Below are positions 50,221 to 60,014 of a stretch of DNA of 64,000 bases, piece after piece. The notes under the pieces were generated by a model, which worked only from the letters and a program-made list of their open reading frames with translations, made no database searches and was not told where the DNA came from. Positions within the stretch are counted from its first letter, which is position 1, and the number at the start of each line of letters is the position of its first letter. This DNA is from Raillietiella orientalis (Eukaryota): positions 1,364,001-1,428,000 of the forward strand of contig JAYWIR010000011.1 of the NCBI GenBank assembly GCA_036172245.1, given 5' to 3'. The position numbers were made by a program, and so were the translations under genes.

Positions 50221-52111
50221 AAGTGGCCCTGACAGTGAAGTCCAGGGAGCAGGGACGGAAGCCCTAGAGCACAGGGCGCCGGAGGGGACACCCGTCTCTT
50301 CCGCAGAAGAATCGGCGTCCCCCAAGGGGACGCTGTGGAGCGCTGTGGCTGCGGCACCTTCGCCAGCGGTCGCGGCAGTGGCTACGGCTTACCTCGCCTC
50401 GGGCTACAACCCGTGCCTGAGGTACAAGGTAGGTCAATTGTGGAATCCAGCAGTAGTGCGCTCCTTCTCGGAGGAGCTTTATAAGCTGCAAGTCAAACAG
50501 GAGGAGCTCGTCGCCCTCTCCATTCTGAGCGGTGGGCAGACAGTCGAGGTGGCTTGCAAGGAGGCGAGCCTTGCCTAAAGACTGATGCACACACCGATTA
50601 CAATCGGAGGGCGCAGGATCTTCCCTGTGACGGAGGACTGCTCAAGATCGTGCACCTTACCGGAATTACAGTGAGGATGATCAAAGAAGCAGTCGTCCGC
50701 TCACTGCAACAGAACGGGACGGTCCACGCACTGTGGTCAGAGCCCAGCGTCTTCCCCGACTTTCCAGGGGATCAGATCTAGCCGGAGCGCGAGTGGCTGT
50801 ATGGTAAGAAGAGCTTCCTCACAGACTGGAGGTCAGCCGTGAACCCGTCGACCTCTGGTACACGGGGAAACCAAAGGTCTGTACACACTGTGGCAAGTCG
50901 TGTCACCTGAAGGGAAGGTGCCTCGATATTATATGCTATAGATGCGGGAAGAGCAAACTCGGAAATTCTTCTGCTCCCTCAGACCCGGCAGACCTTCCAA
51001 GAGCGCGCCGGAACGGAAGAAAAATAAAAAGCAAAATAAAAATAAAAATAAAAAAAGGAATAAAGAAAAGAGATCGCGCGCGATTTCGTCAGAAGGAGGA
51101 AAACAGGCGAGGAATGCCAGCAAGGAGGTTCCTCCCCCCGATGCAACCAAGGTAAGTCCCCGACGCCGAGGCAGCACAGGAGGAAGAAGGCTGAACGGTG
51201 GTGACCCGCCGAAAAGAAAAAAAAAAAAAAACATACAAACAAAAGAAACATCCTGCGACTTTCGCGGCTTAAAGCTCCGAAGACCGCGAAAGACGCTATC
51301 GATTGCGCTGTTAGGCACGTTGCGGAGGTCGTTGTCGTCGAGATCAATGACCTCGGAAATAGCGCGATTGACAAGGTGGCCACTACTTGTAGCCTGGACG
51401 CAGCTGTACCGAACGGCGCAACAGCGAATGCTGCTATGGCGAAGCCTCTAACCGTCGGAGGCGCGACAACGCGCGAGGCCACAGAGGCCGGTCGGAGGGG
51501 AATCTGGAGACCCACACGGGGACCTACCCAGGGGTCGTCGGAATCCGAAACCAATACCTGACCTCTTGCCCCGAGCCGGAGGCTTGCCACTCGACATTGC
51601 GGAGGGCCAAAGCGGCTAGAACGCTCCAGGCCCAAGTCGAGCAGGAGGAAGCCTCCGCACTAGGAAGGATGCAGGAAGGTTCGCGGGAATCCTCCGTGGA
51701 GGCCATCCTGCGAACCCCTACACAAAATGAAAGGAGGGAGGAAGGGGATGTGGTTTGGGCTCCCCCTCCCCTCCCGGACACCGCGCCGGTCGAGAGCCGG
51801 GTGGGTGCTACGTCGCCAGATTCCCTGCAGTAATGCATGAAATGACGTCCTCCCGTCGCTTGCGCGTGGCCGTTTGGAACGTGAACGGCCTGCGCGACGT
51901 CGTGAAAAGACGCGACAAAGCCCACTCCCTACGAAACTCCGACTTTGCGCTCCTCGAAAAGATCCACGTGATCGCGGACGAGGATGCCGCTGACTTCGAA
52001 CGGATCGCGGGAGGAAAGCTGCATTGGTAGTGCGGAACCCGTAAATCGAAAGGGGTGGCCTTCCTCTTGAAGCCAGCCATCATGCGCGCGGTGCACAGCA
52101 TACGGTTCGAC

Positions 52112-52666
52112 GTTTTCACCCGGTCAAGCCGAGGCGTTTATTGTAAACTTCGATATTTGCAGTGCAAGGCTCCGCTGCGGCCAATTAAACAAGGGACCCG
52201 TCGGTGCGCAGACCGACTTGACACTCCACGGCAGCGGAGGGGGGTGAGGAAAAAACAAAAAGAAAAATAAAAGATAACTGAAAAAAAAACTATAGTTCTT
52301 TGGAGGGTCGGGAAGGGATCACTGTCCGCTTTGTGGAGGTTCCATCCTTTGCAGGATGCCGACGAGGTCCTTCTGCAGATTTCCCAGGTGGGGCCATCGG
52401 GTTGCTATTCGCAGAAAGCGAGCTGCATACTCCATGACATTCCTTTCGTTTACATCTGCTTCGTCGGATCCACTCCAAGCCGCCACAATACCGCGGATGC
52501 AGCTGAGCACTGCTACGAAAGCCGCTGGCTGCAGGGCGTCCCTCACGAGGAAAAGCCGAAAAACGTCTCTGGGAGGGCTACCTTCCACGATCCCTAGGGT
52601 CGTACCGAAACGTTCCCACAGAATCCGGAGGGCAGGGCAGTCAACTATAAGGTGGGGGAGGGACTT
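52112..52666 (-). mobile_element. 5'-truncated 3' fragment inserted antisense in the endonuclease
   Basis: SLPHLIVDC..CIRGIVAAW..RWPHLG; terminus at 52112-52142; very similar to 8400-8670. Confidence 0.92.
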
Positions 52667-53189
52667 CAGGGTTTCGAGGAACCGGGAACGTTCCCGGTTC
52701 CTCGAAACCCTGGAGCACGACTGGCTGGCTGATACAAACGTACGCAAGGCACATCTGATCGGTGAGGATTTCAACATCCGCCTGCTCTCAGGTGTGCCTT
52801 GAGAGCAAAAAGACGCGGCCAACGAGTTGCGCGCTGCTATGCGCATGCGCAACTTGTTGGGGGACCTACCGGAAATGGTCCAAAGAGTCGACCACGTCTT
52901 CCTTGACGCCGACCTGTGCCCACGGGTCGGCAGACGAGGGAAACTTCCGTCGACGCTATCGGACCATTTCCGGCTCATTTTCGAGGTTATGCCTCGCGAC
53001 AAAGGACCACCATCCAGGGTGTGGCGTCTGCCCGGGGACTGGACGCGGATCTCAGGTGCGGCGAAACATCTCCACCAATTCCTGGGAGGCTTCATCCTCC
53101 GGAATCTCGACGACTGGGACCTCATGAAGGTCTCGGACCGCGAGTTCTGCGAGGAGTTCCATGTGCACCGCCTGCCCCGGGGATTTGGT

Positions 53190-53837
53190 GTTGCCACCCG
53201 GGTACGCCCGGGGCGTTTATTGAAACTCTACAAAAACGTGGTGCCAGGCCCCACTAACGGCCGCACAACACCGGACCTGCCGGGACGCCAGGACGCAGCC
53301 CGGCGTGACGCTCCTCGGCAGTGGAGGGGAGTTTGGGAGAAAACAAAAAAAATAAATAAATAAATAAAATATAGAAAAACAAAAGGAGTTTGGAGGGAGG
53401 GGAAGGGATCACTATCCACTAGGAGGAGGGCCCATCCTTCGCAGGATGCCCTCTAGGTCCTTCTGCGTTTGTCCCAGATGTGGCCATCTCGCAGCTCTTT
53501 GCATGAAGCTCACAGCATACGGGATGACTTCCCTCTCGTTGGCATCCACTCCTTCGTCGCAAATGTCGCTCCAGGCCGCCACGATGCCCCGGATGCAGCA
53601 GAGGGCTGCGAGGGCTGCGGTGGGCTGCAGGGCGTCCCGCACGAAGAGGGGCCGAAGAACGTCTCTGGGCGCGCTGCCCATTGGGAGCCCGAGGGTCGTC
53701 CCGAACCGTTCCCACAGGGGTCGGATGGCAGCACAGTCAACTAGAAGGTGGGGGAGCGATTTCCGCTCCCACACCTGGCACACTCAGGGCTTACACTTCC
53801 TCGCGTCCGCTACTGCGGGCGTGCCGGGGCACGAGCT
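53190..53837 (-). mobile_element. 5'-truncated, internally deleted 3' fragment inserted antisense after the endonuclease
   Basis: SLPHLLVDC..RWPHLG; terminus at 53190-53221. 53818-53837 matches 9543-9562 exactly (RT region just before YADD). Confidence 0.92.
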
Positions 53838-56800
53838 CCAAGCCTGGAAAACCGGGCCGCCCAGCGTGCTGGACGACTTGGATCAGGAACACTCGGACCC
53901 GGCATCGATACGTCGCCTCGTGAGGGGATTTTACTCCTCCCTTTACGCAAGGGCACCTGCGGAGTGGGACGCCTCTCAGCTCCTGCTTCCAGATGGAGGC
54001 CCGGAATAGGGGAGGAGGAGAAAGAAAGCCTCGAAGAGCCTTTTACGACCGGTGAAATCATCACCGCGATTAAAAGGCTCAAGAGGCATAAGGCGCCAGG
54101 GGAGGACGGCCTGCCGGCGGAGTTCTTTCAATGCTTCGCTGCAGAGCTGACCCCCCTGGTGCTCGAGTTGACACGGCTGATCCGAGACCAAGGCGATGTT
54201 CCCGCCTCGTTTCGGTCAGCCAGTGTGAGACTCCTTCCTAAGGGAGGAGACCTCAGGAAATTAAGCAACTGGCGTCCGATCACGATTGTGAACACGGACG
54301 CCAAGTTGTTGGCTGGACTGTGGGCTGCGCGGCTGGGGCAGGTAGCAGACAGCTTCGTCAGCCCAGAACAGACGTATGCTGTTCCCAGGCGAAGCATGGA
54401 AGCGAACCTGTTCTTCGCCAGCAAATGGTTCCATGTGCAACGCGAAGAAAAGAAGGCAAGACGGAATGTCGGCAACCCTGATTTGGGGGCGCCAGCGGGG
54501 CAAGTGAGGGACGACCGGGAAGGGAAGGGGGCTCTAGCGATCGCAGTCGATCTCCATAAAGCGTTCGATTGCGTGGACCAGGAACTCCTTGTGGAGCTCC
54601 TGGATCGCATGGGCTTCCCGGATGCCTTAACGGCCTACCTGCGTACCTGCTGGCGCAATGCGATCATCGCTGTTTTTTTCAGAGGACAGAACGTGTTCCG
54701 CGTGCCGGTAAGGCGCGGCATCCGGCAGGGCGACAGCCTGAGTCCCCTGCTCTTTAGCACCTATTTCGAACTGGTGCTGAGAGCATACAAAGTGACATTG
54801 GCTGCCCTGTTGAGCTCGTGCTCAGGTACGCCGGCCGTGTAGGCGTATGCTGACGATCTTCTGCTCCTGCTGCCCATGTCCGCCCGGCCTCGGCAGTCGA
54901 GGATTTCTTCGACCTGCTCAGCCGTGGAACAGGACTACGGGTGAACAGGACGAAGTCGTCGCTGGTAGCAGTTGGTGCAACATGGGCAGGACGACCTGAT
55001 TGGATCCGCCTGGGGATCCCCACGGAGAGGTACTTGAAGTACCTCGGCGTTCCGTTGGGGGACTTCTACCAGTCAGAAGCCCGGTCAGGTCGTCTCCAGA
55101 AAGTAAAGTCGGCGATCGGCCCGTTCCTGGAAGGCAAGTTTCACTTGCCGGAACGGGCCGCGATGTGGAACGCGTTCGCGGCCCCCCTCCTTCGCCCCCT
55201 GCTTTTTGTTTGCCCCGTACCCCGTGAGATGAAAAAAAGAACAAAGGACCTCCTGCGCATCGCCCTGTGGGGCGGCGGGGGGCCTCGTGTGCCGCTGGAG
55301 GATTTGTGCGCTCCACATCGGGACGGAGGTCTTAGCGTCCTGACGCTGGAGCGCGTGGAAACAGCTGCGGTCGCGTACCCTAGCCATCGCGGCGAAGATG
55401 TGCGTTCCCTTGGTGCGTTCCGGCCCGCCTCCTCGCCAGACGTGTGTCCGGGACTGAAGGACTCGCGTCTTTTCTTCTGTGCCCCGGCCGGAAAATAAGA
55501 AGATGCAGCCTTCTCCTGGGACGCATGGCCACCCTGGCAAAGGAGAACGGTGGATGGCCTTCAGCCCCGCCAACTCCAGCGCATGGCTGGAAGAAACAGT
55601 TGGCACGGAATGGCTGCTGGAGCGTGGTTCGGGTCATCGCATTCACCCCGCGCACGCACACACCGTGCGTGTGAGGACAAGCATCGCGCGCCCGGAGGGG
55701 ATGCAGCGACAGCAGACGAGGGCAAGTCAATGACGGAGCAGAGGCCCAAGTGAACGCGCGCGTCTTGAAGCAGTTTGAGCTTAAGGGGAGGCGCACTTGT
55801 CCCTCTCCTCCTTGGATTCGTGGGGCACATCTCTCTCCTCCCATGGAAGGTCATAGCTGCCCCTTCGCAGATGGTAGACAGCTCCAGCACACCCTCCGGT
55901 TCCTTCCGCGGGCTGAGACTCCGTCGCCATGGCAGCAATTTCACGGAGCCAACCGGCCAAGGTCGAAAACTCGGCTGCCACCAATGGGACTTCTGCCCTC
56001 GCTACCTGCCAACGAGATGAGGACTCCAAGGTGGTGCGCTCCTTCGTGCGAGCTGCCCCAGGAAGATGACGGTCCATCGCGTGCCTAGGGAAGGAGTCGC
56101 AGCGGGAGGTGGCGTTGGTGACACTCGGGCATTCGTTCACTCCCGACAAACTCCGATGAATGGGAAGAGTGAGGGGAGCTGAAGTCGCCGAAGCAAGTCG
56201 AGGGGGAAGACCGGTCTGCCCAGCATGCTGGCGCACACCGCAGGGGCCGAGATGCTCCCGGTTTCCTTGAAGGAAGTGGGAGGAAAAGGCAAAGGGAGGC
56301 AGCAGCACCGCTGGATCCCAGAGGCTGGTCAGCGGCAGATGCAACGATGAGTGTGTTGGGAGTGGCGCCCGCTCTAGATGCAGCTGCCTAAGGGAGAAGG
56401 GGAAGAAGAAGGTCATCTCAGCGCGATGGGTCGAGAGTTGACGCCTTCGAATGCTGGAAAGCAAGAGCCAGAATTCCTTCACTCCTTGGGGCCTTGTGTT
56501 CGCAAGACGGCAAAATTCTAGTGACCAAGTGGCGTAGTGGGGAACGCACGCGTTCCGCGGCGGGGACGCTCGCTGTAGTCTACGGCGGCTGGATGTGGTG
56601 CAGCAGCCATTCATCCTTCGTGACGGAAGGCATCGCGAGCGGGTTTCAGGAAGCGTCTGTCTGAGAGACACTGCACTGAAGGCGGGTCGCAACCGACGGT
56701 GTAGCCGCGAAACCGTTGGAGGTAGCTGCTGCCGGTTGATTGCAATCGACCCGGGGATTCCTTCCCGCTGGAGGCCCCCGGATCCCAGATCGGCTTCACA

Positions 56801-56866
56801 GGGACAACGCAGAGAGCGTGCTGCGATATGCTTGCCCGTCTGCATCATAACTTCGCAGGTGCAGAT

Positions 56867-57035
56867 GCCCGCGTCGGAGGCTTTGTGGTTACGGTGGTCT
56901 ACCGCGTGTGGCACCCGGCGTTGCGGGTTCGAATACTTGGCAAGAATCGACTCCAAGAGTTTGTGCGCATCGTGGGTTTGAGTTCCTCCCGCGAGATGAC
57001 GCTGATTGGCCTCTATTCATTCGGGTGCGGCACTG
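56867..57035 (+). repeat. tRNA-derived SINE-like repeat, copy 2
   Basis: GCCCGCGTCGGAGG, A-box-like TGGTTACGGTGG, B-box GGTTCGAATAC, and the shared body motif TTCGGGTGCGGC. Confidence 0.55.
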
Positions 57036-57112
57036 GGAGCGGATAAACCCGGATGCCCCGATGAGGGCCGGAACAATGGGAGTCGACCTCCAGGTCTTTC
57101 CAGGAATCAAGT

Positions 57113-57855
57113 GGAATTTCCCCTCCGGTTCTGCAAAGGAGAGGACCCTCCCTTCGGGGAGGGGGGACCCTTCCGCGGAGTAGGTGTGTCGGCACCTCTC
57201 TAGAATTCAGAGAAAGCGTGTCGCTTCCCTTCGGGGAGCGAGCACCCTTCTGAATTTCGGGAACGTCCATTCGGGGTTCCCTTCAGAGGAGTAAACAGGA
57301 GAGCTTCCCTTCCCGGGGGGTCCCTCCGATGAAGAAATTCCTGATAGGAGCTCCTTTCCGGGTTCCCCTCGGAGAAGAAAACATGGAGCGGAGCAAGTAA
57401 GGAAGGGACAACCAGGGTTGGGAGAATTCCCTCCCCAGGCGTGAGAGGAACGGACTCCAATGAGATGAGCCGCAGATGAGCGTAGTTGAAAGGGAAAGCC
57501 GAGGATACGAATGGAATGCGAGCTGTGCTTCGGATACCTGCGGTTTTCACGATCCTTCCTGCCACCACCATGCTACTCCCCTGGACTGCGCCCTGGCCGG
57601 AAATTCCTCGTTGGCGAGTCAAATGAAGCTGCGCATTCAACGCGTGCTTCAGGAGAAGAAGAAAAAACTTCAGTTCGCTCTGCTCTGAATAGAGGAGATC
57701 CATCGCGCCATGCTTCTGTATGGGAGCGTCGGCTCTTGCGGATGATGCACGCGTCCAAGGCTACCTACCATCCATGTCTGTGGAAGGTAGCGGCGATCTA
57801 CCAATTCGAGCATGGCTGTTTATGTAAACAAAGCATCTTGCATCCTCCATCTTGA
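57113..57855 (+). other. Unidentified element: hairpin-rich leader followed by a disrupted ORF (copy 2)
   Basis: At least six hairpins in 57113-57440, including two C(TTCG)G tetraloops; motifs shared with the minus strand of 19151-20010. Confidence 0.5.
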
Positions 57856-58199
57856 AATCTTCCGAACCCATATTTCGCGCGCTGGAGCGGCGGACGGCTT
57901 GTTTCAGCCGCCAATCACGTATGCCGACTGGCGTTTTCTATAAATATATAATAAGCAGCAGTTGGGCGTGGCCAAAAACTTTGTGTTCAATTCACCATGC
58001 ATAACTTTTACGGAACTCGGACTGTACTGCTTCCGCTGTTGAAAACAGAAAGTGAGCGAGAACTCCATATGTTCTCGTAGTGGTAGGCAGCTGTAAAAAA
58101 CACATCCACCAGGGATGTGGGCGATAGATCACCAATTCGGATGTGGCAATTGAAGCTTCCCTCATTTTTTGATGCTGGGAGGACCGATCCCTAAGGCGG

Positions 58200-58431
58200 T
58201 CGACTCCCAAGACGGCACACACGGCCTGCGCGTGCTCAATGCATGTTCCCCGAAGAGGACACCACCGGGGGGCGTCCCGGTTCCACCAGCTACCGGGGCC
58301 GCACTCGAATGAATGCACCAACCCGCAGCATCCCGCAGGAGGATCTCGGGGCTGCACCACGAGCAGCATTCGAACCCTCGGCGCTTGGCACCACGCGCGG
58401 CGACCGTCACCCTACGGCCCCCGACGCGGGC
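58200..58431 (-). repeat. tRNA-derived SINE-like repeat, copy 3
   Basis: Minus strand GCCCGCGTCGGGGG..CGCGCGTGGTGCCAAGCGCCGAGGGTTCGAATG with TTAAAT at -30 to -25. Confidence 0.55.
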
Positions 58432-58644
58432 GATTAGGGTTGATTCAATCCATCTATTTAAGCATGGTTAGGTAGCCTGATAGCCCAGTGGGCATCGGAT
58501 GTGAGGTGACTACCTTTGACGAGGGAAACTTTTGACATAAGCAACCCTTGACGTAGCCAACACTTTAGGTCTTCCTGCCATTCGGAGAAAGGGACTTTTC
58601 CCGAGCGCGTTCAAGGTAGGGGGAAAATAAGAGAAATTCATCAA

Positions 58645-58960
58645 CTATTCGGCAAAAGTTTGACGTGAGATCGGAAGGAGAACAAAGTGTTTGAAATGCA
58701 ACGTGGACAAATCAGCAATTTCGAAAATCGTGGGGGGGGTAAAGGGAGCTTCATCTTCTTCTCCTGAAGAGTTTGCACTCTCCATCATTCGGATCCTTCG
58801 TCGCCGATTTTTCACAGTAATTTCGCTGCCATTGGAACGAATACCGGAATCGTCATCACTTGCACTATCTTCAGACGCAGTATCAGTTAAATTGTCATCA
58901 GCTGGGTATAAAGGAAGTTCTTCACTTTCACGCAATTCAGAATTTTCATTCCGAAGTTTC
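58645..58960 (-). mobile_element. Possible piggyBac (PGBD) transposase N-terminal remnant
   Basis: Acidic/Ser-rich DTASEDSASDDDSG..KNRRRRIRMMESANSSGEEDE pattern is typical of piggyBac N-termini. No DDD core, TIR or TTAA seen. Confidence 0.4.
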
Positions 58961-59199
58961 GTCCATCTTTGCTTTGCAACTGACCGATGGCAGAAGGAGA
59001 GCAGCAGTTCTTATGGAAAAGTTCAATAGGGAATACCTCGACTTTTATAACAAAGCCGAGGCCCCGCTCGGATGCTTCCCACACGCCCACTGCGCCGTCC
59101 CCCCCGCGTTTCTCCCAGCAGGAGGGCGCTGTTTGGGCGACCGGGAAGCAGCGTTTCAAAAAATTTTGGTGTTGGGCGAAACCCAACGGGTCCAATCGA

Positions 59200-59472
59200 C
59201 GGACATGCACGCAGGCTGCGCGGCGTAACCCACGCAACCTGCGTGTGCTCAATGCATGCTTCCTCGTTGGAACCGCCACCACCACTCGGGGGGCTGGGCG
59301 ACTGCCCCCGGCGCCCGCCGCACCCGAACGAGAACCAACAGCGCCCATCCTGCGGGGAGAGAAACTCGGGGGGGGGGGAACGGCGCAGCGTCCACTCCCG
59401 CCGAGCGTATTCGAACCCGCGGCGCTTGGCACCACGCGCGGAGACCGCAGCCCCACAGCCTCCGACGCGGGC
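59200..59472 (-). repeat. tRNA-derived SINE-like repeat, copy 4
   Basis: Head identical to copy 1 within the inverted repeat; body diverges beyond 59317. Confidence 0.55.
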
Positions 59473-60014
59473 ACTTACGCTTCCTCAATCCACCCATTTA
59501 AGCCTCACCCTTTCAGCCCAGCAAAGTTCCCGTTCGCCGTTTGCCCACGGAGCATTCCGCTGCCTCCGAGCACCGCCGCCATGTCTTTCGCAAGCGGCTT
59601 TCTTCCCTCAAATCGCTTCTTCCGGTTGCAATCGAACCGATTGCTCCCCTCAACACCCCTTCCCATCCTTCCGGCACTGCGTTCCAAGCATGCGCGCAAC
59701 CCGGGCTCGCGGCCATCTTCGAAAAACGAAAAGAGAAGCTTCTCCGCCCCTTCCAAGGTGCCCGGGAGAACTCGCAAGGGCCGGGCGAAAAGGTTCGCCT
59801 AAGCGTTCTCCGAATCTTTCGCAAACAACATCAAACTTTTTCCCGTTTTCCCGTTGCGATCCGCCCCTAAAGCTCAGCTGCATTTTCCCAAATTTCCAAA
59901 GTCTTTTTTTTTTTTTACCATCCGACTCGCGACGAATCAACCGATCCATAATCACCCAAAAACGTGACTTTGTACGTAAACTCATTAAAAAAAAAACGAG
60001 TGAAATCGTACACT
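59317..60014 (-). repeat. Right arm of ~700 bp inverted repeat (partner 47164-47857)
   Basis: Ends ...CGAGTGAAATCGTACACT, the reverse complement of AGTGTACGATTTCACTCG at 47164. Confidence 0.97.

Larger units (their letters stand above)
50230..55600 (+). mobile_element. Tx1/L1-like element (ORF1-EN-RT, 3' end missing) interrupted by two antisense 3' fragments
   Basis: Colinear plus-strand pieces: ORF1 (AYLASGYNPCLRYKVG, CTHCGKSCHLKGRC), TAATG at 51831, EN to RFDV (52111), EN resumes ~52690, RT 53838-55100 (KAPGEDGLP, NWRPITIVNTDAK, DLHKAFD, GIRQGDSLSPLLF, YADD, KYLGV). Confidence 0.92.

Noticed and set aside
8183..53221. Recurring palindromic motif between diverse fragments as a CRISPR-like array
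   Set aside because: Spacing is irregular (kilobases), orientation is mixed, and the motif almost always follows an ORF2 C-terminus and 3' UTR, so it is an element terminus. No cas genes are present.
57041..57345. Hammerhead or HDV ribozyme in the structured regions (CCGATGA..GAAA; CCCAGCCTCCT at ~19822)
   Set aside because: The CUGANGA core is mutated and lacks a proper stem II, and the HDV P1/P2/P3 pairings could not be built by eye.
57911..57965. Pol II promoter (CCAAT at 57911, TATAAATA at 57939)
   Set aside because: The Inr-like CAGTT is too close to the TATA box and no downstream gene is evident.
47164..60014. Polinton/Maverick or other large DNA transposon defined by the inverted repeats
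   Set aside because: Termini are AG...CT, but there is no 6 bp TSD and no pPolB, integrase, ATPase, capsid or transposase core between the arms.
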